Positions 10,178 through 19,868 of a DNA stretch of 64,000 nucleotides are shown piece by piece (position 1 is the stretch's first letter; every line of letters starts with the position of its first letter). The notes below the pieces were generated by a model. The model saw only the letters and a program-made list of their open reading frames with translations. It searched no databases and was not told the origin of the DNA. Source of the DNA: an uncultured Veillonellaceae bacterium. Lineage in GTDB: Bacteria; Bacillota; Negativicutes; JARBTT01. The translations under genes were made by a program, and so were the position numbers. Location: assembly GCA_963805085.1 (NCBI GenBank), contig CAWDTA010000005.1, positions 704,001-768,000 of the forward strand, given 5' to 3'.

Positions 10178-11584
10178 GTGAACTTGAAAGAGCAAACACC
10201 GAAAGAAATAGTAAATGAATTGGATAAATACATTGTTGGGCAAGCACAAGCTAAAAAGTCTGTTGCCGTTGCACTTCGTAATCGTTGGCGAAGTAAGCAA
10301 TTACCTGATTCGTTAAAAGATGAAATAATTCCCAAAAATATTTTAATGATTGGTTCTACTGGTGTTGGTAAAACGGAAATTGCTAGACGTCTTGCAAAGT
10401 TGGTCAATGCACCCTTTGTAAAAGTGGAAGCAACTAAATTTACGGAAGTCGGTTACGTTGGTCGTGATGTAGAATCGATGGTGCGAGATTTAGTTGAGAC
10501 CTCAATTCGCATGTTGAAAAAAGAAAAGATGCTTGAAGTGAATGATAAGGCATTAGAACTTGCCAACGATAGAATTGTTGAATGTTTCATACCGACACAA
10601 AAGAAAGAAAATAATCGCAATCCATTTGAAGTGTTATTTAACAGCAATAGTAACAATACGAATGATGCGACGAATAATAATCAGGTGGTTGAAGAACCTA
10701 AATATCAAACTGGTAAAGAGTGGTATGAAAAACGTTTGGCGGCAGGTGAAATAGAAAATGAGCTCATTGAAATTAGTGTAGAAGATACAGCGGCGCCGAT
10801 GATTGGGATGTTTTCTGGTTCAGGGATAGAGGAAATGGGCAATAACATTCAAGATATGTTAGGGAGTCTCATGCCTAAGAAACAAAAGAGACGTAAAGTA
10901 ACCGTTGCAAATGCCAGAAAGATTTTTACACAGGAAGAAGCGCAAAAACTTATTGATATGGATGAAGTAATCGCAAATGCACTGAAGATTGCCGAAGATA
11001 ATGGGATTATTTTTCTTGATGAGATCGATAAAGTTGCCGGTGGCGGCAATTCTTCTGGCCCAGATGTTTCTCGCGAAGGTGTACAACGTGACATTCTGCC
11101 AATCGTGGAAGGATCTACCGTAGTGACTAAATATGGCCCGATCAAAACCGATCATGTTTTATTCATTGCAGCGGGCGCTTTTCATAAAGCGAAACCATCT
11201 GATTTAATTCCCGAATTACAGGGCCGTTTTCCAATTCGTGTGGAATTGACCAATTTATCAAAAGATGATTTTAAGCAAATACTAACTGAACCAGCAAATG
11301 CGCTGATTAAACAATATGTATACTTATTAGAAACAGAAGGTGTTCATATTGAATTTACTGGGGATGCTATTGATGAACTTGCGGAAATCGCTTGTAATGT
11401 CAATGCGCAAACTGAGAATATCGGTGCCAGACGATTGCATACTATTTTGGAAAAATTATTGGAAGATGTAGCTTTTGAAGCTCCTGATATGAAAGAAAAA
11501 AATATTGTAATCAATAGAGAATACGTCGATTCTAAATTGGGTCATATTGTAGTAAACCAAGATTTAAGTCGTTTTATCTTATAA
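10178..11584 (+). CDS. hslU: ATP-dependent protease ATPase HslU (ClpY)
   Basis: [43 protein letters not shown]. Confidence 0.97.
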   Translation: MNLKEQTPKEIVNELDKYIVGQAQAKKSVAVALRNRWRSKQLPDSLKDEIIPKNILMIGSTGVGKTEIARRLAKLVNAPFVKVEATKFTEVGYVGRDVESMVRDLVETSIRMLKKEKMLEVNDKALELANDRIVECFIPTQKKENNRNPFEVLFNSNSNNTNDATNNNQVVEEPKYQTGKEWYEKRLAAGEIENELIEISVEDTAAPMIGMFSGSGIEEMGNNIQDMLGSLMPKKQKRRKVTVANARKIFTQEEAQKLIDMDEVIANALKIAEDNGIIFLDEIDKVAGGGNSSGPDVSREGVQRDILPIVEGSTVVTKYGPIKTDHVLFIAAGAFHKAKPSDLIPELQGRFPIRVELTNLSKDDFKQILTEPANALIKQYVYLLETEGVHIEFTGDAIDELAEIACNVNAQTENIGARRLHTILEKLLEDVAFEAPDMKEKNIVINREYVDSKLGHIVVNQDLSRFIL

Positions 11585-11618
11585 TTTATAAAGAATATTA
11601 TGTAAGTATCTATAATTA

Positions 11619-11666
11619 TTTGCAGTATCGTGGTAATATATTAATATATTACCACGATGTTGTAAA
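11619..11666. repeat. Perfect 32-bp palindrome (11627-11658) extended by G-U pairs, between hslU and codY
   Basis: ATCGTGGTAATATATT|AATATATTACCACGAT. Flanks TTTGCAGT/GTTGTAAA pair with G-U on the + strand. Confidence 0.85.
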
Positions 11667-11703
11667 AACAGAACAAATGGATAGATGGAAAGGGAGGTCT
11701 GTT

Positions 11704-12483
11704 ATGGCTAGTCTACTATTGGAAAGAACAAGAAAAATTAATAAATTACTGCAAAAATCCGAAAGTGTAGAATATGATGGTATTTCACGTGTTTTAAGTA
11801 ATGTTATAGGTGCAAATGTATATATTGTAAATAAAACGGGTGAAGTTTTTGGTCATGCATTTATTGATGACTTTGAATGTGAACTTATGATCGATAAAGT
11901 AGTTATGCAAGGTGAGTTTCCGCGGCATTATGTCAATTGGTTACTTAAGATTGATGAGACTTCACCAAATTTGAAACTGAAAAGCGGTATGTGTGCTTTT
12001 AGTCAAGAGACAGAGTGTATTTTTAGTAATAAAATTACTACAATTGTGCCAATTTACGGTGTTGGTGAACGGATAGGAACATTGATCGTAGCGAAATTTG
12101 ATGAAGAGTTTACAGATGAAGATTTAATTTTAGCTGAATATGGTGCAACTGTTGTTGGAATGGAAATATTGCGAGATCATAGTCAAAAAATTGAAGTTGA
12201 AGCTCGTAAGAAAGCTACTGTACAAATTGCTTTGGCGACACTGTCTTATTCTGAAGTTGAGGCTGCGATTAATATTTTAGGGGAGTTGGATGGTAATGAG
12301 GGTTTGCTTGTTGCTAGTAAAATTGCCGATCGTGTTGGGATTACAAGATCCGTTATCGTCAATGCGTTGAGAAAATTTGAAAGCGCGGGTGTGATAGAAT
12401 CAAAATCGCTTGGGATGAAGGGCACTTACATTAAAGTTTTAAATGAACATTTATTAGAGGAAGTTCATAAGTTAAAAAGATAA
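11704..12483 (+). CDS. codY: GTP/BCAA-sensing transcriptional repressor CodY (259 aa)
   Basis: LLERTRKIN, AEYGATVVGMEIL, LSYSE, ASKIADRVGITRSVIVNALRK, SLGMKGT. ATG after GGGAGG. Confidence 0.97.
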   Translation: MASLLLERTRKINKLLQKSESVEYDGISRVLSNVIGANVYIVNKTGEVFGHAFIDDFECELMIDKVVMQGEFPRHYVNWLLKIDETSPNLKLKSGMCAFSQETECIFSNKITTIVPIYGVGERIGTLIVAKFDEEFTDEDLILAEYGATVVGMEILRDHSQKIEVEARKKATVQIALATLSYSEVEAAINILGELDGNEGLLVASKIADRVGITRSVIVNALRKFESAGVIESKSLGMKGTYIKVLNEHLLEEVHKLKR

Positions 12484-12491
12484 AATTTTTT

Positions 12492-12523
12492 AAAAAAAAT
12501 GTCGCATTTGCGACATTTTTTTT
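12492..12523 (+). terminator. Intrinsic terminator after codY
   Basis: AAAAAAAATGTCGCA-tt-TGCGACATTTTTTTT. Confidence 0.85.
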
Positions 12524-12603
12524 GTTGTTCTTACAAAATAGTAGATACAAATACTCATTTTTACATATATTCCTTGAAAGTGATATTTAAATGAATGGTT
12601 CTG

Positions 12604-12612
12604 TGATATAAT
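12604..12612 (+). promoter_or_regulatory. Extended -10 element, candidate fla/che promoter
   Basis: TGATATAAT about 205 nt upstream of flgB; weak -35. Confidence 0.45.
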
Positions 12613-12715
12613 TTACAAGGATAAATTTTACCGCGTAAATACTGATGGTAGGACGATATTCCTAATTATCTTATTTGCAGTGAAAATAAGGTAGTTCGTT
12701 GGATTTTTTAGAGGA

Positions 12716-12730
12716 ATTTTGCAGAAAAGT
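12716..12730. promoter_or_regulatory. Candidate CodY box upstream of flgB
   Basis: ATTTTGCAGAAAAGT vs consensus AATTTTCWGAAAATT, 3 mismatches. Confidence 0.4.
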
Positions 12731-12817
12731 GTAGAAACATAAAAATAGTGATGTTTATTAGGTTAATTAATATTAAAAATAAGAAAGATAAATTTTGGTG
12801 ATTATGGAGGGAGAAAT

Positions 12818-13237
12818 ATGATAGAAAAAATTACCCAGTCGCCATTGGTTAATGTACTAAGCCAGGCATTAAATGCTTCCAATATGAGGAATAATGTCAT
12901 CAGTAATAACATTGCAAATGTTAATACGCCTGGTTTCAAAAAGAGTGAAGTTGTGTTTGAGAGCCTACTGGCTGAACAATTGACTCCGACTGGTAAAAAA
13001 TTAGCAATGACACGTACGCAAGATAAACATTTTCCGATGCCTAGTAATGAACAGGGAGTAGTTAATCCGAAAATTAATATGATCAATAATACAACAATGC
13101 GTACTGATGGTAACAACGTCGATATTGATTCTGAAATGGCAGGATTGGCGAAAAATAACATCTATTATAATGCGGCTGTCCGACAGATTAGCGATTATTT
13201 CACAAGTATGAAATCAGTAATCGCAGGACAAAAATAG
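12818..13237 (+). CDS. flgB: Flagellar basal-body rod protein FlgB
   Basis: ISNNIANVNTPGFK, RTDGNNVDID. Confidence 0.95.
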   Translation: MIEKITQSPLVNVLSQALNASNMRNNVISNNIANVNTPGFKKSEVVFESLLAEQLTPTGKKLAMTRTQDKHFPMPSNEQGVVNPKINMINNTTMRTDGNNVDIDSEMAGLAKNNIYYNAAVRQISDYFTSMKSVIAGQK

Positions 13238-13299
13238 AAATTATCCGTTTATAATAGGTTAATAAAATTTTTACATAACTATTTAAGGAGGAACCGTTT

Positions 13300-13737
13300 A
13301 TGAGTATGTTTGGTGCGATAGATGCAGCTGCATCTGGTTTGACGGCTGAACGATTACGTATGGATGTTATTTCTAACAACATTGCTAATGCGAATACTAC
13401 ACGTACAGCAGAAGGCGGGGCCTATCGTCGTCGAGTTGTTGTCTTTGAACCGCGGACAGGAGATGCATCCCCATTTTCGCAGACTTTATCTAAAGAGATG
13501 CAGGCTGGCGAAGGCGTAAGAGCTGTAGGAATTACAACTGATAATACACCAGGGCGTACAATTTATGATCCGAATCATCCTGATGCAAATAAAGACGGAT
13601 ATGTAGAAATGCCAAATTTAAATATAGTTTCTGAAATGGTAGATATGATTACTGCCTCAAGGGCATATGAGGCTAATGTAACTGCTGTGAATGCAGCAAA
13701 AAGCATGGCGATGAAGGCTCTTGACATAGGAAAATAG
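13300..13737 (+). CDS. flgC: Flagellar basal-body rod protein FlgC
   Basis: ASGLTAERLRMDVISNNIAN, YDPNHPDA, ASRAYEAN. Confidence 0.96.
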   Translation: MSMFGAIDAAASGLTAERLRMDVISNNIANANTTRTAEGGAYRRRVVVFEPRTGDASPFSQTLSKEMQAGEGVRAVGITTDNTPGRTIYDPNHPDANKDGYVEMPNLNIVSEMVDMITASRAYEANVTAVNAAKSMAMKALDIGK

Positions 13738-13752
13738 TGAGGTGTGTGTTGG

Positions 13753-14052
13753 ATGCAAGTGGAAGCATTGAAGTTGACCCCAGTAATTAGTAGTGCAACT
13801 ACTAACATTAATCAAAATCAAGCGGTTGGAAAGAAAAATTTTAGTGAGTATTTTAATGAAGCATTAAATAATGTAAATGATCTTCAATTAAAAGGACAAC
13901 AAGCGAGTATTGATATGGCTGCAGGTAAAGTAAAAGATATCTCCCAAGTGGTTGTAGCAACTGAAAAAGCAAATATTGCTTTGCAACTGACTATGCAGGT
14001 GCGTAATAAGGTTTTAGATGCATATCAAGAAGTTATGCGTATGCAAGTGTAA
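13753..14052 (+). CDS. fliE: Flagellar hook-basal body protein FliE
   Basis: QVRNKVLDAYQEVMRMQV C-terminus. Confidence 0.94.
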   Translation: MQVEALKLTPVISSATTNINQNQAVGKKNFSEYFNEALNNVNDLQLKGQQASIDMAAGKVKDISQVVVATEKANIALQLTMQVRNKVLDAYQEVMRMQV

Positions 14053-14092
14053 TGTAAAGTAATATACTTTTGAGTGGCGAAAGGATGAGACG

Positions 14093-15664
14093 ATGGCCGA
14101 CTGGAAGGAGCAGTCCCTGCAAGTTTGGAAAAAACTCGGTAAAAGGCAAAAATATACAATTATCGGTACTGCTGTACTATTAATGATAACGATTTTAGGT
14201 TGGAGTTATTGGTGGGGTAGTAAACCTGATATGGTACCATTGTTTACGGGTATGGAAGCCAAAGATGCAGGCGAAGTTGCAGCAAAACTCAAGGAAATGA
14301 AAATATCTTATGAACCACAAGAAACAGCTCACGGCACGGCAATTCTAGTACAAGCAAAGGATGTACATAATGCTCGGTTAGAACTTGCTACCCAAGGCCT
14401 GCCACGTGGTCAAAAAGGTTTTGAAATCTTTGATGATAGTAAACTAGGTGTTACCGAATTTCAAAATAAAGTGAATTATTTACAAGCTTTACAAGGTGAA
14501 TTGACTCGGACGATTGAACAACTTGAAGAAGTTGAAAAAGCCAGAGTGCATATTGTATTGCCGGAAGATAGTTTATATAAGAAAAATGAAAAACCAGCGA
14601 CTGCTTCGATTATGTTGAAATTGAAGCCAAATCAACAATTGTCAAAACAGCATATAAAAGGGATTGTCAATTTAGCTGCACATAGTGTGCAAGGATTACA
14701 AGCTGCTAATATCACAATTGTTGATAGTTCAGGTAAAATATTAAACGATCCCGAAGAAGATGAAAAATCTCTGGGAAATGCAACGATGACACAGTTGGAT
14801 ATGACGAAGAAAATTCAAGATCGTTTACAGAAAGACCTGCAAACTTTCTTAGATCAAGTTTTAGGTTCAGGGAAAGCAGTTGCAAGAGTAAATGTGGAGT
14901 TGACTTTTGATCAACATACGACGGATAAACAAGTATTTACACCTGTTGTTGATGATTCTGGCATTATTCGTAGCTCGCAAGACAGTACTGAAAACTATAA
15001 TGGTACTTCAGGAACGCCGGGTGGCCCAGCGGGAACAACTTCTAATATTCCAGGTTATGTAGCTACAAATAACACACAGTCGCAATATGATAAAAAAGAA
15101 TCTACTAAAAATTATGAAATAAATGAAACAAAAGAAAAAGTTGTAGCGGCTCCAGGGGCTATTAAGAGGTTAACGGTTGCGGTTCTAGTTGATGAACAAA
15201 TGACGCAAACACAACAAAGCAGCATTTCTCGGTCGGTGTCATCAGCGATTGGTTTGGATACTGGTCGTGGAGATACGATTTCTGTAGAAGCAGTGCCATT
15301 CAGTACTGAGTTAGCAGATAGACAAGCGAAAGAAGATCAACAGCGTATTGACCAAGAAAATCAAATGTTCTGGATGAAAGTTGCGTTGGGAGTATTACTT
15401 GCCGCAATGATTATTGCATTTATCTATGTTCGTCGTCGTAAAGCTCGTCTTGCAAGGGAAGCCGAAGAAAGAGCTGCTATGGAAGCGTTAAGGGCGCAAA
15501 AAGCAGCGAGAGCAGCTGAACAAGCAGCTACAGTTGAAGACGTTGATGAAATGTCACCAGAACAACAAACTCGTATGACTGAAAGACAAGCATTAGAAGA
15601 AATGATTAGAACACGTCCAGAAGAAATCGCCCAACTAGTAAGAACTTGGTTGGCAGACGAGTAA
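14093..15664 (+). CDS. fliF: Flagellar MS-ring protein FliF
   Basis: GFEIFD, ALQGELTRTI, ARVHIVLP, two TM segments, LVRTWL. Confidence 0.95.
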   Translation: MADWKEQSLQVWKKLGKRQKYTIIGTAVLLMITILGWSYWWGSKPDMVPLFTGMEAKDAGEVAAKLKEMKISYEPQETAHGTAILVQAKDVHNARLELATQGLPRGQKGFEIFDDSKLGVTEFQNKVNYLQALQGELTRTIEQLEEVEKARVHIVLPEDSLYKKNEKPATASIMLKLKPNQQLSKQHIKGIVNLAAHSVQGLQAANITIVDSSGKILNDPEEDEKSLGNATMTQLDMTKKIQDRLQKDLQTFLDQVLGSGKAVARVNVELTFDQHTTDKQVFTPVVDDSGIIRSSQDSTENYNGTSGTPGGPAGTTSNIPGYVATNNTQSQYDKKESTKNYEINETKEKVVAAPGAIKRLTVAVLVDEQMTQTQQSSISRSVSSAIGLDTGRGDTISVEAVPFSTELADRQAKEDQQRIDQENQMFWMKVALGVLLAAMIIAFIYVRRRKARLAREAEERAAMEALRAQKAARAAEQAATVEDVDEMSPEQQTRMTERQALEEMIRTRPEEIAQLVRTWLADE

Positions 15665-15689
15665 TAATAAGTGTATTGTAGGTGAGCGC

Positions 15690-16700
15690 ATGTACGAATC
15701 TAATGAGTTGACAAATAAACAAAAGACCGCAATTTTATTCATAGCGCTTGGTCCAGAAGTTTCAGCGCAGCTTTTTAAACATTTGCATGGGGATGAAATT
15801 GAAAAGCTCACCTTGGAAATAGCGAACCAGCGTCAAGTAACACAAGAACAAAAAAACCAAGTTATTAGTGAATTTTATCAAATGGCAATGGCAAAAGAGT
15901 ATATTTCTACTGGCGGTTTAGAGTATGCTCGCGAAGTACTGGAAAAAGCATTGGGCTCAGAAGAAGCAGTTAACATTATCAATCGCCTTACTTCGAGCTT
16001 ACAAATTCGTCCATTTGATTTTGCTCGGAAGACAGATCCAGCCCAGTTGCTGAATTTTATTCAAAGTGAGCATCCACAAACGATCGCTTTGATTATGGCT
16101 TATTTATCGCCCGATCAATCAGCGGCAATTATTTCGGCGTTGCCGCCTGATCGGCAAGTAGAAGTAGCGAAGAGAATCGCAACGATGGATAGAACAACTC
16201 CAGATGTTTTACGTGATGTGGAACGTGTTTTGGAGAGAAAACTTTCCTCTCTTGTTACCCAAGATTTTACTGCTGCTGGTGGAGTTAGTTCTATTGTTGA
16301 AGTTCTCAACCGTGTGGATAGAACAACAGAACGTACAATTATTGAAAATTTAGAAGTGGAAAATCCAGAGCTTGCAGAAGAAATCAAACGTCTTATGTTT
16401 GTATTTGAAGATATTGTTATGCTTGATGATCGTTCACTCCAATTGGTATTGCGAGAAATTGATCAAAAAGATTTGGCTCTTGCACTCAAAGCTACAGCAA
16501 CTGAAGTTGGTGAAAAAGTTTATAAAAATATGTCCAAACGTGCAGCTGATATGTTAAAAGAAGAAATTGAATATATGGGACCTGTTAAAATTCGCGATGT
16601 AGAAGAATCACAACAAAAAGTTGTTAATGTAATTAGGCGACTCGAAGAGTCTGGTGAAATCATAGTATCTCGTGGTAAAGGAGACGAAATGGTTGTCTAG
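15690..16700 (+). CDS. fliG: Flagellar motor switch protein FliG
   Basis: EHPQTIALI, MFVFEDI, NMSKRAA, MGPV. Confidence 0.96.
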   Translation: MYESNELTNKQKTAILFIALGPEVSAQLFKHLHGDEIEKLTLEIANQRQVTQEQKNQVISEFYQMAMAKEYISTGGLEYAREVLEKALGSEEAVNIINRLTSSLQIRPFDFARKTDPAQLLNFIQSEHPQTIALIMAYLSPDQSAAIISALPPDRQVEVAKRIATMDRTTPDVLRDVERVLERKLSSLVTQDFTAAGGVSSIVEVLNRVDRTTERTIIENLEVENPELAEEIKRLMFVFEDIVMLDDRSLQLVLREIDQKDLALALKATATEVGEKVYKNMSKRAADMLKEEIEYMGPVKIRDVEESQQKVVNVIRRLEESGEIIVSRGKGDEMVV

Positions 16701-17484
16701 GGTAATAAAGGGAGCTATATTGCAAGACAGTCCCAAAATTTTAGAAACCCCAGTAATGGATATTGTTGGACAAAGCCAAGATGAATTGGAATTTAGTCGT
16801 GGAGATATTGCCGTTGCTGCCGCTTACGCCGTGATGTTAGAAGAACAGAAGCGCAAAGCGACGAAAATGGTTCAAGATGCTGAAATGCAGCGGAATATTA
16901 TTATTGCCGATGCACAGAAACAGGCTGAACAAATTGTTGTCCAGGCAAATGAAGAAGCTGAACAAATTAGAATTGTCTCTCGTAATGAAGCGAAAGAAGC
17001 TGGTTATGGCGAGGGTCATGATAATGGCTATAAAGCTGTAAAAAACGAGATGGCAAATCTTATTAAAGAAGCCAATGAAAAAGCCGAAAGGACTATTCGG
17101 TTGGCTGAAAATGAAATTAAAGATAGCGTTTTAAAAGCGGAAAGTAAGATTGTTGAAATTGCTATGGCGATTGCTAATAAAGTGATACCACAACATGTTA
17201 TTGATATACCGCACATCATTTTACCTTTAGTAAGAACTGCCTTAGAAAAAGTTCGTGATCAACGCGATATTATTGTTAAGGTTTCTCCTGATGACTATGA
17301 ACTTGTTTTAATGGCTAAAAAGGAATTTCAGACTATGCTTGATAGTGATAATCAACTTACCATTTCTTCAGACCAAACGTTAACCAATGGAAACTGCATT
17401 GTTGAAAGTGCAAATGGCAATGTTGACGCGAGGCTAAGTACGCAATTGGAAGCAGTGAAAAAAGCAATTCAGGAAGTTGTGTAA
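16693..17484 (+). CDS. fliH: Flagellar export protein FliH
   Basis: GxxxG repeats (GYGEGHDNGY), GNCIVES..GNVDARL. TTG start after AAAGGAG. Confidence 0.88.
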   Translation: MSRVIKGAILQDSPKILETPVMDIVGQSQDELEFSRGDIAVAAAYAVMLEEQKRKATKMVQDAEMQRNIIIADAQKQAEQIVVQANEEAEQIRIVSRNEAKEAGYGEGHDNGYKAVKNEMANLIKEANEKAERTIRLAENEIKDSVLKAESKIVEIAMAIANKVIPQHVIDIPHIILPLVRTALEKVRDQRDIIVKVSPDDYELVLMAKKEFQTMLDSDNQLTISSDQTLTNGNCIVESANGNVDARLSTQLEAVKKAIQEVV

Positions 17485-17486
17485 TA

Positions 17487-18800
17487 ATGGATATTGATAT
17501 TAGTAAATATATGAATGCAATAAATTCCTGTGAACCGATTAAAATGAATGGTAAAATAACGCAAGTTATTGGCTTAGTCATTGAGTCACAAGGACCTAAT
17601 GTTAGTCTTGGCGAGTTATGTTATGTTTGCTCTAGACTAAATAATGTCGAACCAATTCCTGCTGAAGTTGTAGGCTTTCGCCAAGGACATGTACTACTTA
17701 TGCCGATTGGTGAAATGCAAGGAATTGGACCTGGATGTGAAGTTATATCAGCGCAAAAAACCTTACGAGTTCAAGTTGGTAAGCAATTATTAGGCCGCAT
17801 TTTAGATGGATTAGGAAATCCTATTGACGGTAAAGGCTCGTTATTTACAGAACAAGAATATCCTTTGAATGCGATGCCGCCTCATCCGTTATCTAGACCA
17901 CGGATCAAGAAAATCCTATCTGTTGGAGTAAGAGCTATTGATGGTGCCATTACTATGGGGTGTGGACAACGTATTGGTATTATGGCAGGTAGTGGTGTTG
18001 GTAAGAGTACTTTGCTAGGCATGATCGCTCGTAATACGGAAGCTGATATTAGTGTCATTGCACTTATTGGGGAACGTGGTCGTGAGGTTAGAGAGTTTAT
18101 TGAACGCGACTTAGGTGAAGAAGGCTTAAAACGAGCCGTAGTAGTAGTTGCGACTTCGGATCAACCAGCACTTGTTCGCATTAAAGGGGCCATGACGGCA
18201 ACCGCGATTGCAGAGTATTTTCGTGATCAAGGAATGAATGTTGTATTAATGATGGATTCAGTAACACGCTTTGCGATGGCTCAACGTGAAGTAGGATTAA
18301 CTGTTGGTGAACCTCCAGCAACACGTGGCTATACTCCTTCTGTTTTTGCGATGTTACCAAGACTGTTAGAACGAGCTGGAACCAATGATGTAGGATCAAT
18401 CACTGGTATTTATACGGTATTGGTGGATGGTGATGATATGAATGAACCGATTGCCGATGCAGTTAGAAGTATCTTAGATGGTCACATTGTACTTTCAAGA
18501 AGCATAGCTGCACAAAACCATTATCCGGCGATTGATTTATTAAACAGTGTAAGCAGGGTAATGCTTGAAATTGTTGAGAAAAAACATTATGAGGCTGCAC
18601 AAAAATTGCGGTCATCTATGGCAGTGTATCGTGAAGCGGAAGACCTGATTAATATTGGGGCTTATGTACAAGGATCAAATGCTAATATTGATCGAGCGAT
18701 TACTCAGATTGAACCAATTAAAAATTTTTTAAAACAAGATGTTTATGAAGTTGATACTTTAGATGAAACAATAAAACGCTTGGTTAGTTTATCTTCTTAA
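17487..18800 (+). CDS. fliI: Flagellar export ATPase FliI
   Basis: GSGVGKST, GERGREV, MDSVTRFA, LDGHIVLSR. Confidence 0.96.
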   Translation: MDIDISKYMNAINSCEPIKMNGKITQVIGLVIESQGPNVSLGELCYVCSRLNNVEPIPAEVVGFRQGHVLLMPIGEMQGIGPGCEVISAQKTLRVQVGKQLLGRILDGLGNPIDGKGSLFTEQEYPLNAMPPHPLSRPRIKKILSVGVRAIDGAITMGCGQRIGIMAGSGVGKSTLLGMIARNTEADISVIALIGERGREVREFIERDLGEEGLKRAVVVVATSDQPALVRIKGAMTATAIAEYFRDQGMNVVLMMDSVTRFAMAQREVGLTVGEPPATRGYTPSVFAMLPRLLERAGTNDVGSITGIYTVLVDGDDMNEPIADAVRSILDGHIVLSRSIAAQNHYPAIDLLNSVSRVMLEIVEKKHYEAAQKLRSSMAVYREAEDLINIGAYVQGSNANIDRAITQIEPIKNFLKQDVYEVDTLDETIKRLVSLSS

Positions 18801-18828
18801 AAGTTAAATGCGCTGGGAAGTGATTTGA

Positions 18829-19275
18829 TTGAAAAAGTTTAGATTCCGTTTAGCTACAGTGCTTAAAGTTTCACAAATAAAAAAAGAACAAGCAGAAATT
18901 GAGTTTGCAGAAGTAACTACTTTTCTATTGCAGCAGCAACAAATGTTGGTTGACTATGAAGACGAACTTTCGCAGGAAATGCAAAGCTATTACAATATGG
19001 CTAATCAAAGAGTTACCATTGAAAAATTAACGAGTTACGGTAGTTACTTTGATCGTATGCGAAATCAGATTCAAAATCAGCAACAAGCAATTGTAAAAGC
19101 TGAAGTAAAAAGAAAAGAAAAATTAGAAATTTTACAAGCGACAATGTGTAAGCTGAAAACGATTGAACAATTACGCGATAAGTGTTTTGAAGAATTCCAA
19201 AAAGAGCAGTTGTTTGAAGAGCAAAAGGAACTTGATGAGATTGGTTTACAAATATATACACGGATGGCAAGGTGA
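18829..19275 (+). CDS. fliJ: Flagellar export protein FliJ
   Basis: MKKFRFRL..VL start, coiled coil, EQKELDE; follows fliI. Confidence 0.9.
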   Translation: MKKFRFRLATVLKVSQIKKEQAEIEFAEVTTFLLQQQQMLVDYEDELSQEMQSYYNMANQRVTIEKLTSYGSYFDRMRNQIQNQQQAIVKAEVKRKEKLEILQATMCKLKTIEQLRDKCFEEFQKEQLFEEQKELDEIGLQIYTRMAR

Positions 19276-19281
19276 ATGTAG

Positions 19282-19839
19282 ATGATGGAAGGAATTAGTC
19301 AGGTTTTACAGAGAATTAGTAATATTGAAGATCAATTTTCTCCCAATAAAGCTAGTAACCATAAGTTTCAATCTTATATGGATGGAGCTATGAATCCCCA
19401 AGCTGGTCAAAATAACTCCAAAACAAATGGGGGATTAGCGAGAAAGGCGGTTGCTACCAATGCTCCGGCCGATATTAATTCTTTAATTAATCAATCAGCA
19501 CATAAATATGGTGTAGATCCAAAACTTGTAAGTGCGGTTGCACAAACAGAGTCAAATTATACGCCAAATGCAGTATCGGATGCAGGCGCAGTAGGTGTTA
19601 TGCAACTTATGCCTGATACAGCTAGCTCGCTTGGTGTTACTAATATTTACGATCCACGTGATAATATTGAAGGTGGAGTGAAGTATATTAAACAGTTATT
19701 AAATACCTTTGATGGTGATGTATCGAAAGCTGTAGCCGCTTATAATGCAGGACCACAAGCAGTAAAAAACTATAATGGGGTTCCACCATATGCTGAAACT
19801 CAAAACTATGTAAAAAAAGTTCTTGATTTATACAGCTGA
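19282..19839 (+). CDS. Lytic transglycosylase (SLT domain) within the flagellar operon
   Basis: ES catalytic motif, GAVGVMQLMP, AYNAG. Confidence 0.9.
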   Translation: MMEGISQVLQRISNIEDQFSPNKASNHKFQSYMDGAMNPQAGQNNSKTNGGLARKAVATNAPADINSLINQSAHKYGVDPKLVSAVAQTESNYTPNAVSDAGAVGVMQLMPDTASSLGVTNIYDPRDNIEGGVKYIKQLLNTFDGDVSKAVAAYNAGPQAVKNYNGVPPYAETQNYVKKVLDLYS

Positions 19840-19868
19840 TAAGAAGTATCCCAGAAGGTAGGTGTGAG

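Noticed and set aside
11581-11608. dif-like ATAA-N6-TTATGTAA sequence after hslU
   Set aside because: The left arm is poor, the context is very AT-rich, and gene orientation does not switch around it as expected at a replication terminus.
12613-12817. c-di-GMP riboswitch or invertible flagellar switch upstream of flgB
   Set aside because: No class I or class II consensus nucleotides and no long flanking inverted repeats seen.
19468-19475. GCCGATAT as a SigD -10 element inside the SLT gene
   Set aside because: No TAAA -35 at the proper spacing.
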